DNA of 40,201 nucleotides from a virus (Duplodnaviria; Heunggongvirae; Uroviricota; Caudoviricetes): IMG/VR virus record IMGVR_UViG_2744054909_000002, positions 1 to 40,201 of that record; one strand, 5' to 3'. Shown piece by piece: positions 18,007 to 27,435 of this stretch (position 1 is its first letter; each line of letters starts with the position of its first letter). The notes under the pieces were generated by a model. It saw only the letters and a program-made list of their open reading frames with translations, ran no database searches and was not told where the DNA came from. The position numbers and the translations under genes were made by a program.

Positions 18007-19306
18007 AACCACCCCATGAACCAGAATTACCGCCAGTGCTGACGATCCCCTTAATTTCTTCTTCGGTGACCGTCTTCAGCACGCCGCGGTTAATCATCTC
18101 CCTGATTGCGACTTCTTCCGTCAGAATTGACGACGTTACCAGCGTATTGAAGCCCGTCGCATACTGGCTAAACCGGTTAGCTTCGTCTGCCTCGTTAATG
18201 CTGTCGATTGTCGGGTATTCGTAGGTAAGGCTTTCCGTAATGGCGAGTTTGTCCAGCGTGAACTGGTCGGCGAAATCCTGCATAGGGCGAAGCCGGGATT
18301 CTTGCAGGCCGTTAATCGTCTCGTAATAGGATTTGTTGTCTTCCTCGCCACTACTGAACCCACTGGCCGACTCCCCAAAGAGAACTGTTATAGGTCTGTC
18401 CAGCGCCCCGGCCAGTACAATCGCCATTTTGCTGATCACATCCGACAGCCCGGTAAATTGCGCGTTTTTCTGCTCATAGCGCCCCTGCGCCTGGGTATCG
18501 CCAGCATCAATCAATAACATCCCGGTTGAAGATTTGGTGTCCTTCATCACCCTGGCGTATTCGCGCACCTGCCCTTCCTGACCCGCTGCGATCTGGTTAT
18601 TCATGCCGGGGATAAACAGCACATCGACATTTGCTTCCTGAATGGTGTCGCCGGTGCTCAGGATTGCAGTGTCGAACGTTTTGATATGCTCGTAGGGCGC
18701 CTGAAGGTCTGACGTGCCAAACTTCGCGCGATCCTTAATGCTGTGATTTCCAAGCTTCGTTCGGCAGCAGCGGCTATGGTGAAATCTGAGTTGCTTCGTT
18801 CCGACGTCAAGTTGATACGTCAGCGGTTCACCAAAACAGTCCGAACGTATGTCGGTGATGACATTACTGTCCGGCGTGTACTCACCTTTTCGAAACACCA
18901 GGAATTTAACGATATCTTCGCTCTGCAAATTGAGCGGCAAGGCAATCTGGTCATCGGCACAATCAGTGATAGCCACGATTAGCGAGTCACCCAGCAGAGA
19001 GGCCCATCCCAGCGCGCTGTGAAAGACTGAGTTTAATTTCAGTTCTTTTTCAGCGTCTGCGATGCGCTTGGTTATGGAGCTATCGACATCGCCCGAAAAT
19101 TTACGGGGCAACTTCAGCATGTCGTCAGCGGTTTTGTTGATGTACTTTTTCACCACCCACGATTTTTTATACATCGCGAGCAGTTCTTTATCCGGCACGT
19201 CGGGTTTACTGCTGCTATACCGCACCGCGCCGATCTTCTCGCCGAGCGAAGTCATTAAGCTAACCAGGCCATCATTCAGACGACCAACGATATTTTTTTT
19301 CGTCAT
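17963..19306 (-). CDS. Portal protein
   Basis: 447 aa immediately downstream of large terminase. Confidence 0.6.
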   Translation of the reverse strand: MTKKNIVGRLNDGLVSLMTSLGEKIGAVRYSSSKPDVPDKELLAMYKKSWVVKKYINKTADDMLKLPRKFSGDVDSSITKRIADAEKELKLNSVFHSALGWASLLGDSLIVAITDCADDQIALPLNLQSEDIVKFLVFRKGEYTPDSNVITDIRSDCFGEPLTYQLDVGTKQLRFHHSRCCRTKLGNHSIKDRAKFGTSDLQAPYEHIKTFDTAILSTGDTIQEANVDVLFIPGMNNQIAAGQEGQVREYARVMKDTKSSTGMLLIDAGDTQAQGRYEQKNAQFTGLSDVISKMAIVLAGALDRPITVLFGESASGFSSGEEDNKSYYETINGLQESRLRPMQDFADQFTLDKLAITESLTYEYPTIDSINEADEANRFSQYATGFNTLVTSSILTEEVAIREMINRGVLKTVTEEEIKGIVSTGGNSGSWGGYGTKTATGAPAGAA

Positions 19307-20742
19307 TACATGATGTCCAGTGGGCTGAGTGTTTTTCTCTGATACAAATCGCGTAGCCCCTGCGTCATTGCATCGACAACGTCATCGTTCGCGCCGACAG
19401 GGAACGTGGTAATTTCCTCGACCGTCTCGGTGATCCACGGTGCGATGTCTTTATGGGGAAGGAAAACGTTACCCGCTTCCCATACAGCGGTGATTGCATG
19501 CGCACGGGCTACTTTGCTGCCGTCCGGCTCGACGGGGACGAGTCCTGCTACGGTGCTTTTCAGTGAATCAATAACCGCCGGGCCGTTAGCTTTGTCCTCC
19601 ACCAGCTTACGTAAGCCTTTAGGGTATTCGTCAGCCATGCATTTAACGGCTTTCAGCGTTGCGGTAAAGCTCATGCGCGCGCGTACCTGGTGAAGCAGAT
19701 AAGCATTGGCGCCCTTTTTACCCCACACCTGACCGACAACGTAGTCAGTGCCTTCGCTGTCTTTAAACGTCATATCCCAGCTGTGGATGACTATGTCGAA
19801 GTTGGTCGGCAAGTCTTTCGGGAGGTAATACTTGATCCATTCGTCTTTGAAGATGGAGCCACCAGCCTGTTTTGGTGACTGCTGATACATCGCAGACCAG
19901 AAGTAATCCCCGAGAATAGTTTTGGTTTCGAGCAGTTTCTCTTTTGGGTGCAACTCTGGAACCAGCGCTTCGCCCTGCTCGTTGATTGCAGGGAACGCCA
20001 GCACCTTAGCGCGCGGCGTGATTTCCACCACACGCCCGGACAGGTCATCTGTCGCCCAGCGGGTCGCCATGATGATTTCGCCACTGTTTTTGGACAGACG
20101 CGTTTTGAACGTGGATACGTACCAGTTCCAGATAGATTTCTTAGTTGTCGGGCTAAGTGCTTCTTTGGCGTTTTTTATCGGGTCATCGATGATACCGAGA
20201 TCGATTTTCTTACCCGTTAACGGGCCGCCTACACCAGCACAAACATACGTCCCCTTATGGTTGGCTATGCCGAATTCGTCGGTGTTCCGCTTTACGGCGA
20301 CGCCATCGTCGGGCTTATTACCCAGCCATGCGCCCGGGAATATGTTGCGGTATTCCGGCGTGGACATAATGCGCTGAACATCGGCGTTCATGTCTCCAGC
20401 CAGGTCAGCAGAGTACGACAGCGCGCCCACGCGCATTTCCGGGTACTTGCCGAAGAAATACGCTGGCAGGTAACGCGAAACGATATCTGATTTACCATGC
20501 TGCGGCGGCGCGCCGAGAATCAGAATCGGGCGCACTCCATTCATCATATCCAGCAAAAACTGATCCAGAGCATCGCAAACCGTCTGAGAGAACTTGCTGG
20601 TGATGTATTCGGGGTTAATGTACTGAATGAAGTCGTGAAGGCTTGCGCGCGCATTGCGCCGCTTGAGTAGTTCCCTGGCTGCTGCCTGCTTACTTACCGC
20701 CGATAATTGCGGCGAGTTGCTCATCAGTGAGATCCTCCGCAC
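19306..20742 (-). CDS. Terminase large subunit
   Basis: Walker A-like ILGAPPQHGKS near N-terminus; 478 aa; follows small subunit. Confidence 0.85.
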   Translation of the reverse strand: MRRISLMSNSPQLSAVSKQAAARELLKRRNARASLHDFIQYINPEYITSKFSQTVCDALDQFLLDMMNGVRPILILGAPPQHGKSDIVSRYLPAYFFGKYPEMRVGALSYSADLAGDMNADVQRIMSTPEYRNIFPGAWLGNKPDDGVAVKRNTDEFGIANHKGTYVCAGVGGPLTGKKIDLGIIDDPIKNAKEALSPTTKKSIWNWYVSTFKTRLSKNSGEIIMATRWATDDLSGRVVEITPRAKVLAFPAINEQGEALVPELHPKEKLLETKTILGDYFWSAMYQQSPKQAGGSIFKDEWIKYYLPKDLPTNFDIVIHSWDMTFKDSEGTDYVVGQVWGKKGANAYLLHQVRARMSFTATLKAVKCMADEYPKGLRKLVEDKANGPAVIDSLKSTVAGLVPVEPDGSKVARAHAITAVWEAGNVFLPHKDIAPWITETVEEITTFPVGANDDVVDAMTQGLRDLYQRKTLSPLDIM

Positions 20743-21688
20743 TTAAAGAGTGGCTGTGCTGGATAGGCTCACCATTCGGCCCGCTCAGTTCGGTTTTTGT
20801 TTTCAGCATGCCGAGGTGTTGGGCCACCATCTTCATTGCTTCATCCTGATTACGGGTGATGACCTCAAGGCCAGATTTGCCCTCTTTAATCCCAGCGAAT
20901 AATCGCCGCTCCGCACCAGTTAAATCACGCGTGTCGTGAAATACAGAGCGACCGATGCCGACGCCATTGCAGCGCGGGCAATCCGGGTTCGGGTCTACGG
21001 TGCCGTCGTAACCATAGCCGCCAGTGTCCTGCGGTAGCTTGGCTCCTTCCTTCCCGGCAACCTTTTCCTCGGCTTCCTTGAATTCGACGGCGTCGCGCCA
21101 TTGGTAGTTATGACCGAGCCCCCAGCAGTAACGGCAACAGCCGCGGTGGTGTTCAGTCAGCTGCGTGGCGTCTGCCGTCGCAATGTCCCACCACCATTTC
21201 AACACTTCGTCCTGGGTTACTTTCACTCTTCGCGAGCGTTCGTCCAGCGCGTCACGGATTGCCTGGCTGACCTTAGCATTCCTTAGCAATCGAGAGGCGT
21301 TAACGTAAGCCGTGTTGCCCTCCCCTTTATAACCGGCGCGGCGATAAGCGGCGGTACGATTGAGGTCGATTAGATATTCCTCAACAAACCTTACCTGCAT
21401 ATCGTTCAGCCCGTAATTGCGCAGGTTGAAGGGTTGCGCACTTTCCTGCGCATCTGCATGCGCATCAATTGGTGTTTGCTCACGCTGCACAGTTGTTGGG
21501 GCTTTTTCAGTCTGCGCATTGCGCACTTTCTTCTGCGCAGTTTTTTGCGCAGTCGGCTTTTTGATATAGCGCCGCGCAGATGTGTAATTCAGTCCCTGCT
21601 CTTCGCACCAATCTTTCGGGGAAATGCCGGTTTTGGCATGTTCGGACAGGAACCGTTGCTGAAGCTCGCCCCAGTCCGGTTTTGCCAT
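20690..21688 (-). CDS. Terminase small subunit
   Basis: N-terminal HTH-like region and motif NRTAAYRRAGY typical of phage small terminases; precedes large subunit. Confidence 0.75.
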   Translation of the reverse strand: MAKPDWGELQQRFLSEHAKTGISPKDWCEEQGLNYTSARRYIKKPTAQKTAQKKVRNAQTEKAPTTVQREQTPIDAHADAQESAQPFNLRNYGLNDMQVRFVEEYLIDLNRTAAYRRAGYKGEGNTAYVNASRLLRNAKVSQAIRDALDERSRRVKVTQDEVLKWWWDIATADATQLTEHHRGCCRYCWGLGHNYQWRDAVEFKEAEEKVAGKEGAKLPQDTGGYGYDGTVDPNPDCPRCNGVGIGRSVFHDTRDLTGAERRLFAGIKEGKSGLEVITRNQDEAMKMVAQHLGMLKTKTELSGPNGEPIQHSHSLSAEDLTDEQLAAIIGGK

Positions 21689-21696
21689 TGCTTACT

Positions 21697-21731
21697 CCAA
21701 TAAAAAAGCCACCAGCGGATGCCAGTGGCTT
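21697..21731 (-). terminator. Rho-independent terminator (minus strand) just upstream of the terminase small subunit gene
   Basis: Stem aagccac/gtggctt (21706-21712 / 21725-21731) followed on the minus strand by UUUUUUAUU. Confidence 0.5.
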
Positions 21732-21964
21732 GGGTGTGGTAATCAGGAATGGATTCGGACCATTGAGCCAGAAGATATTGGTCGTCTGCACCATCCTCCA
21801 ACTTATAGCAGCGTCACGCTTCGTCCGGACCGGTATTACCCGACACTCGCGCACCTGATTAATGAGTTTCGACATTATCACAGGAACTCGGTGAATGCCT
21901 GTTGTAAAATCTAAACTAATAGCAACTAACCGGAGGTGGTGATGAAATCATCACGCGAAAATAA

Positions 21965-22420
21965 TCAATCTTGCAACTTGTTAACTACGCTTCGCAGATC
22001 ATTTTTAAGCTGCTTAGTTATGATTTCAATATTAGTATCGAACCAACCCGCATCCTGATCAGAAAACTCATAACCAGGTGAAATGAGCCCAAGCATACCT
22101 TTCTTAGACTCTAACGGGGAACGACCTTCCACCCCTTTCGTTATGGCAAGCACCTGATACGGAAGATAACTTAAATCCTCTTCGGTCATGCCTGCTCTAG
22201 CCGCCACATCAGCAACACATGTCATGATTATGCCACTACAAACTTTTGCCTCAGTGATTGCAGTGCTAATAATAACAAGGCTAATTCTGTCTAAATCCTT
22301 CTGGTCAATATAATTTCCTGCCATAGAATTTCTGAATGTAAGCGACATAACTTCCATCCAGTGAGCTATATACTTTCTTACCTTTGCAGAGGCAATATTG
22401 CGCCTGAATTGCTTAAACAT
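21965..22420 (-). CDS. Hypothetical accessory protein (151 aa) between lysis cassette and terminase
   Basis: AT-rich codon usage; GGAG SD 6 nt before ATG at 22420; candidate promoter TTGACT-15-TAAAAT upstream; terminator downstream. Confidence 0.55.
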   Translation of the reverse strand: MFKQFRRNIASAKVRKYIAHWMEVMSLTFRNSMAGNYIDQKDLDRISLVIISTAITEAKVCSGIIMTCVADVAARAGMTEEDLSYLPYQVLAITKGVEGRSPLESKKGMLGLISPGYEFSDQDAGWFDTNIEIITKQLKNDLRSVVNKLQD

Positions 22421-22506
22421 TAAATTCTCCATTTTATGAGAACTAATATTTTAACCTAAAGACAACAAAGTCAAAAGCCCAGTGATCACCGCTGTTAAAA
22501 CCCCTT

Positions 22507-23025
22507 TTATTGCGAGGCTATAGGGTTATTGTTTGACTCTCTCACCGAGTCGTAAATCCGCTCACACGTCATCCCGGCGCGGTAGCGTTCGTCAGCGATT
22601 CCAGCATATCGCTGAGCTTCTTCTGCAATACTTCCGAGCATGTCGGCGAGCATAGCGGCGTCGGCGTCGGTTGTTTTGCTTCTGACGGTAGCGGCAAGAT
22701 TTGCGGTGTGCTTTGCGGCGTCCAGCCGGGCGGCAAGCTTTGTTGCTTCGGTACGCAACTGGCTAACAGTGGCAGACAGGCCAGCAGCAGTGGCAGCAGA
22801 TTTAGCGGCTTGTGCTTGTGCATCTTTTACAGCCTCATCACGGGCAATAATTCGCCCTTGTTCAATCATGCGGGCGGCGGTCTGCGCGTTCGCTGTTTGC
22901 GATGATTCCGCGCTATCACGTTCCGCCCACTTTTTTTCCCAACCGCGGCTACTCCATACATCACCAGCGATGAATGCGACGGCCACCAGCAGCAAAATAG
23001 CAATGAGCTGATAACGCAAACTCAC
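22507..23025 (-). CDS. Rz-like i-spanin
   Basis: GTG start overlapping endolysin stop (GTGA); N-terminal [17 protein letters not shown] then Ala/Gln-rich coiled coil; Rz1 embedded in +1 frame. Confidence 0.65.
   Translation of the reverse strand: MSLRYQLIAILLLVAVAFIAGDVWSSRGWEKKWAERDSAESSQTANAQTAARMIEQGRIIARDEAVKDAQAQAAKSAATAAGLSATVSQLRTEATKLAARLDAAKHTANLAATVRSKTTDADAAMLADMLGSIAEEAQRYAGIADERYRAGMTCERIYDSVRESNNNPIASQ
22569..22823 (-). CDS. Rz1-like o-spanin lipoprotein, embedded in Rz
   Basis: Signal peptide with lipobox LLASC followed by proline-rich sequence; entirely within Rz in another frame. Confidence 0.6.
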   Translation of the reverse strand: MHKHKPLNLLPLLLACLPLLASCVPKQQSLPPGWTPQSTPQILPLPSEAKQPTPTPLCSPTCSEVLQKKLSDMLESLTNATAPG

Positions 23026-23570
23026 TGGTCTATCCCCCAGCACGTCAGCGCGCTTTCCTGATCTCGTCGCTCTACCTGCCCATAGCAGCCATTCTTCTGA
23101 CCTTTGGTCAGACGACAATCGCGGCCACCGTCTTTGATCCACCAGCGAATAGCTTCACAGGCACCTTTACGGTCTCCAGCGTTAATTCGCTTATAGAACG
23201 TGGACGGGAAGCATTTTCCGGGGCCGATGTTGTATGGGCAGAAAGAAGCGATACCCGCTTTCTGTGGTTCGGTCAGTGGTAACTTGATATTTCGCTCAAC
23301 CCACGCCAGCGCCTTGTCGCGTTCGATGGCGTTTACCTGGACACATTTCTGAGCAGACAGCTTCATGCCCTGAACTACTGGTTTGCCATCAACCATCGTG
23401 GCGCCACGGCAAATTGTCCAGATTCCGCCGCCGTCGCGATATGCTGTCAGGCTGTTACCCTCTTTCTCATCCAGAAACTGATCGAGAATCACGGGGGCGG
23501 AAGCCCCGGCAAGAATCAAACCAACGACCGCTGCGCTTAGTTTATTCTTCAGCTTTGGTGGCATAGCCAT
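23022..23570 (-). CDS. SAR endolysin (phage lysozyme, R21-like)
   Basis: N-terminal signal-anchor-release segment [16 protein letters not shown] then lysozyme motifs [18 protein letters not shown]; resembles P21 R as recalled. Confidence 0.85.
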   Translation of the reverse strand: MAMPPKLKNKLSAAVVGLILAGASAPVILDQFLDEKEGNSLTAYRDGGGIWTICRGATMVDGKPVVQGMKLSAQKCVQVNAIERDKALAWVERNIKLPLTEPQKAGIASFCPYNIGPGKCFPSTFYKRINAGDRKGACEAIRWWIKDGGRDCRLTKGQKNGCYGQVERRDQESALTCWGIDQ

Positions 23571-23820
23571 TGCGACGATCCTCCCGTTCTTTCCAGCGGA
23601 AATACCAGTTCACTGCACAGGTAATAACAGTGCATGCGATACCGACAATAATTGCCCAGTCGCTCAGGCTTAACCCTGCAATTCTGTCGGCCAACATCCA
23701 GGACACCTCTTTTGCTGTTTTTGCTGTTTCGGCATATGCCTTCGCTGATACACCGCAGCCGGTCAGCGTGGTGCCTGTTCCATATGAAAGTCTGCTGTAA
23801 ATGGTGCTCATTCTGGTCAT
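23542..23820 (-). CDS. Pinholin-like holin (S21-like) with dual-start motif MTRM
   Basis: C-terminal region [31 protein letters not shown] resembles S21 pinholin; strong SD GGAGGTGAGG; overlaps endolysin start. Confidence 0.7.
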   Translation of the reverse strand: MTRMSTIYSRLSYGTGTTLTGCGVSAKAYAETAKTAKEVSWMLADRIAGLSLSDWAIIVGIACTVITCAVNWYFRWKEREDRRNGYATKAEE

Positions 23821-24068
23821 AGCCTCACCTCCGATTTTTCGGATGGCGCTGTGTGTGATGAAAGGGTCAGGCTGCACGGGCTGGATTTATCAACAAAGCA
23901 CGTAGCAATTGATTCCCGTGAACCTGAAATGAAAAAGGCCGCCAAGCGGCAGCCAACAGTCGATTCAATACCGGGATATTTATCCACGCCCGGCACGTGG
24001 TTTCCCTGCTTTCCACAGACAAAGGAAATTGCTAAATTGGTCATTCCACAGACAATTAGGGAATGACC

Positions 24069-24479
24069 ATGGATGTAGGATTACTTATCGCGTCCCTTAA
24101 AAACGGGATCGGCGCGCTTTCTGCTGTGCAAAGTAACGAGGTCCTGCGCGAGCGCATCGCTTTCATTGGAGAGCAGATCGACGTACTTCAAAAAGCCCAT
24201 GCTGCCACCATAGAAGAACTTGCCGAGGCGAAGGCCAAATGCGTAGAACTTGCGAAGGAAGTAGCGGCTTACCGGGCAAAGGATGAGTTTGTCGAGCACA
24301 TGGGTGCGGCCTTTAGAAAAAATCCCGCGGGTGGGTATATCAGCGCGGTTTATTGTCCCAACTGTCTTAAACAAGTCGGAAGCGGGTTCGATGATTTTCC
24401 GTACCATTGCGGCTCCTGCGGCTGGACTTCAAGATTTGAAGGAAGGGAGATTGATAACGTAATGAAAACCCTCCCTTAA
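24069..24479 (+). CDS. Hypothetical protein with N-terminal coiled coil and C-terminal zinc ribbon (CPNC..CGSC), antisense to late operon
   Basis: ATG 24069 has AGGGA SD at 8 nt (track start 24063 too close to SD); 9-bp inverted repeat ggtcattcc/ggaatgacc brackets the RBS. Confidence 0.5.
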   Translation: MDVGLLIASLKNGIGALSAVQSNEVLRERIAFIGEQIDVLQKAHAATIEELAEAKAKCVELAKEVAAYRAKDEFVEHMGAAFRKNPAGGYISAVYCPNCLKQVGSGFDDFPYHCGSCGWTSRFEGREIDNVMKTLP

Positions 24480-24675
24480 TGTTAAGGCGAGGGTAGCGCC
24501 TCGCCGTTACCTCCAGAAACGCAAAAACCCCACGGTGTTAACCGCAGGGCTTGAATATTTTATTGCTGGTCGAAACGATTGAACGGATTCCCAGCGTTAG
24601 AGCCGATACTAGACGAAAATTCCGTAAACTACAATATCTATTTTCTCTAAAATTTACCTTCCATAGAAAAAATTA

Positions 24676-25485
24676 CTATTGAGTAACTGATTTCAATGCA
24701 CTGTCTGCATATCCCTCCTGCCGGTGACACTCTTCTACCAGCAATTCGAATAATGGCTGGATGTGGTCATAGGCAGTGGTTTTCTTCACATCCCATGCAG
24801 TGCGGACACCTTCCAGGACACTGGCGAACTTCAGTCGGGCATAACCTCTGCCTGTGCAGCGCTCACAAACTTTCATAACCGGCACGCCCTGCATCTCCGT
24901 TTCTTTCTTGTCCAGTACCTCCCCTTTCCCATGGCAGCGACACGCATTGCTGATAACACCTTTTCCGTTACAGGCTGAGCATAAAACGCGCGCAGTCTCC
25001 CGTACCGACTTCCATTCCTCCCAATAGGACGGGCAAACCCCCTTCGTGATTTTTGCCCATTTAGGCGGTTTCCCATCCGGGTACTGAACTTTATTTGTGA
25101 AAATATCTGCCTCGGTAAAGCCGCCCCCATCGCAACAGTCGCATTTGCGAACGCTTGCCGCACTACGGGCGTAATCCTGATAAGCAAAAGCGCACAGTAT
25201 TTCGAGAACTCGTTGGCGTAATCCTTCATCGAGTTCAGTAACTGGTCTGAAATGTCGTGATATCTCAACGGCTGAACCATATAGAGCCTCCATTGCCCGA
25301 TCCGGGCTGCTGATGCCAATTTTTGCCAGGTAAAGATCGAAACCAAATCCGCACTTAGCATTAACGAGGCCAAGCGCGGCCATCACATCAGTACCAGTGA
25401 GATTGTCTGTAGCTGTTGCCCGCGAGGAGTCACTGAACATCGGGGACTTCGGTGCAAAGTATTTTGCGATTGATTCGAGGTTCAT
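24676..25485 (-). CDS. Putative late-gene regulator, Q-like by position, with four DnaJ-type CxxCxGxG zinc-finger repeats
   Basis: Last gene before lysis cassette; repeats CDCCDGGG, CSACNGKG, CRCHGKG, CERCTGRG; ATG 25485 with GGAG SD, track start is TTG. Confidence 0.45.
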   Translation of the reverse strand: MNLESIAKYFAPKSPMFSDSSRATATDNLTGTDVMAALGLVNAKCGFGFDLYLAKIGISSPDRAMEALYGSAVEISRHFRPVTELDEGLRQRVLEILCAFAYQDYARSAASVRKCDCCDGGGFTEADIFTNKVQYPDGKPPKWAKITKGVCPSYWEEWKSVRETARVLCSACNGKGVISNACRCHGKGEVLDKKETEMQGVPVMKVCERCTGRGYARLKFASVLEGVRTAWDVKKTTAYDHIQPLFELLVEECHRQEGYADSALKSVTQ

Positions 25486-25618
25486 CGTGTTTCTCCAGCA
25501 TAAGTTTTCACGTAATTCTTCAGTATTCGGTAGTCCGTCAGCACAGAGCCGGGAAAGTGATATAAGCGCAATCGTTGCCAACGAACGCGGAGGTGATCGG
25601 CAAAGTAGGATTCGAATG

Positions 25619-26227
25619 TCATGCGGCCTCCCTTGCTTTGACGAGTTGTCGCCTCAGCGCGCTGTAATGCTTTCTGATGGCTTCGAGTTCTTCGATGGTG
25701 TATCGGTGCGGGGTGTTATTGTTTTCGAGCGCCTCAACGCGTTCAGCCCCAATTTTCTCTATAAGGCCAAGGCGGTACTGCTGCTGATTGCCCGACAGCT
25801 GAACGTTACAGTGGTGGCACTGTTTACTGATATTGTCTTCGTGATAGCGGAGATGTGACGCTTTCCCACGTGAGCGGTAATGCCCGGCTTCCCACTGGAC
25901 GGTCTCGAACGTCCCACAACTGATGCATGGCAAATCATGGTCACGCTCGCGAATATAGTCATTGACGACGCGCTGGGTTAAATCCTCCCAGTGCTTCAGC
26001 GGCTTAACTGCAGCTTTACGCTGGCGCCAGGCGGCTCGCTCTTTCTTCTCAGTAGCGCGCTGTTTGGCGGACTCTTTGCGTTGTGCAGCCTCCCGGGCTT
26101 TTCTGGTCTGCTCTTTCCCGACGGCGCTGGCGCACTCATAACCGCAGACGGTCTGCGTGTCGCGTACTGGATTGAACCACTGGCGGCATTCCTTGTTGGC
26201 GCACTTCCGGCGCGGTAACTTAGCCAT
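25619..26227 (-). CDS. NinG/Rap-like recombination-associated protein
   Basis: N-terminus MAKLPRRKCANKECRQWF and Cys/His clusters resemble lambda NinG as recalled; nin-region position. Confidence 0.65.
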   Translation of the reverse strand: MAKLPRRKCANKECRQWFNPVRDTQTVCGYECASAVGKEQTRKAREAAQRKESAKQRATEKKERAAWRQRKAAVKPLKHWEDLTQRVVNDYIRERDHDLPCISCGTFETVQWEAGHYRSRGKASHLRYHEDNISKQCHHCNVQLSGNQQQYRLGLIEKIGAERVEALENNNTPHRYTIEELEAIRKHYSALRRQLVKAREAA

Positions 26228-26229
26228 AA

Positions 26230-26439
26230 TCACCCCCAGACCTTTTGTCGAAAGGTTCTTGGTGTACGCGCCGGATGCTCGCATTCAGGCAATTTTGCGC
26301 TGATAGTCCAGGTGATGTTGTCGCGATTCAGGCTACGTTCTACCGTGGCGCCACGACGACGGTAACTGGCCACCAGCTCGTCGGCCTGATCGGTTGTGCA
26401 TTCGTGATGGTGGAACCAGGAATATTTCATCGCCATCAC
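26230..26439 (-). CDS. Hypothetical small protein
   Basis: 69-aa ORF coupled between flanking nin-region genes. Confidence 0.35.
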   Translation of the reverse strand: MMAMKYSWFHHHECTTDQADELVASYRRRGATVERSLNRDNITWTISAKLPECEHPARTPRTFRQKVWG

Positions 26440-27035
26440 CCCGCAAAGCTCATGAGCTGCGATGCGGCGTTTTCCGCTTCACGCTGGTCCTTGAATGCCC
26501 GGGACAATACCCAGCGCCACAGAACATCGAGCGCGGCTTTGTACAGCTGCTGGAACTCGGTTTCGTCCATGTTGGCAAAGGCAATGCTGCGGGGGTGTTT
26601 GCGAAGGGTGCCGTCGGGAAGCTGTATGGCGTCGTAGTGGCCAGACTCGATGATCACCCATGCACGATATGCGTCATAGGATTTGCAGATGCTGATACTA
26701 CCGGCGCGCTTATCGGCGATGCGGTCCAGATATTGCTCAGCAGCATCCAGGAGTGCTGCTTCACTTCCCGCGAATGAGGCAAGGAACTTGGCATAGCCGG
26801 TTACCAGCTTGCGTTCGTTGGAGGAGATTGCCCCGCCGGTGGGTTCCCAGTATTCGAAACCGAGATTGAGTAACGCGAAGAAACGACGGTGAAAGGCCGG
26901 GTTGCGTACCTGCCGGAACTCAGCCACCAGTACGGAGCCGAGTTTGATTTTTGATTGCAGTAAATCACTGGTCTCCGGCGTAGCGGGGATCAGGATTCCT
27001 GAGGAATGCTTGATGAGTTGTAGTTCGTGCGCCAT
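26436..27035 (-). CDS. Hypothetical nin-region protein (199 aa)
   Basis: Coupled ORF with balanced composition; no family recognised. Confidence 0.45.
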   Translation of the reverse strand: MAHELQLIKHSSGILIPATPETSDLLQSKIKLGSVLVAEFRQVRNPAFHRRFFALLNLGFEYWEPTGGAISSNERKLVTGYAKFLASFAGSEAALLDAAEQYLDRIADKRAGSISICKSYDAYRAWVIIESGHYDAIQLPDGTLRKHPRSIAFANMDETEFQQLYKAALDVLWRWVLSRAFKDQREAENAASQLMSFAG

Positions 27036-27069
27036 GGTTTCTCTCCGTGGCGCAGTAGGTTACGGTTGT

Positions 27070-27318
27070 TCAGACCGTTGATTTCATATTATCAGAAGGT
27101 GGGGTTACCCGGTAGCCGAGACGGTGAATAAACTGCATAAAACCATTAGGAGTAAAGACCTCTTCATCATCCAGCAAAGGCCGCATAGAAACCATGCCAT
27201 TGACGCGATAAATTAGATGCCTGCCCGATGAAGGAAAGCTAAACACCACGCAGCCGTCAGACCTTCTTACAATGTCATACCAGTTGTCTTCTGACGTTTG
27301 CAAAGCTGAATCACTCAC
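27070..27318 (-). CDS. Hypothetical small protein (82 aa)
   Basis: ORF in nin-region operon. Confidence 0.4.
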   Translation of the reverse strand: MSDSALQTSEDNWYDIVRRSDGCVVFSFPSSGRHLIYRVNGMVSMRPLLDDEEVFTPNGFMQFIHRLGYRVTPPSDNMKSTV

Positions 27319-27435
27319 ATTTATGTTCTCCCTTCGAGCGACTAACAGACGCGATTAAAGATTGTCGGCAGCAGCATCAGAGGGTTACGCAAATTGCGGT
27401 ATTCTGAAAAATGCGCGCCAGCCTTAAGCGCAATT

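Noticed and set aside
21942-22058. 38-aa plus-strand ORF with perfect SD (GGAGGTGG) antisense to the 3' end of the accessory gene
   Set aside because: It overlaps the C-terminal codons of a better-supported gene and the SD-like string is part of a hairpin (gtgatg-aaat-catcac); likely coincidental.
24486-24505. Hairpin ggcgagg-gtagcg-cctcgcc as a rho-independent terminator (tR'-like)
   Set aside because: No U-tract follows on either strand, so I do not call it an intrinsic terminator; kept only as a possible structured element.
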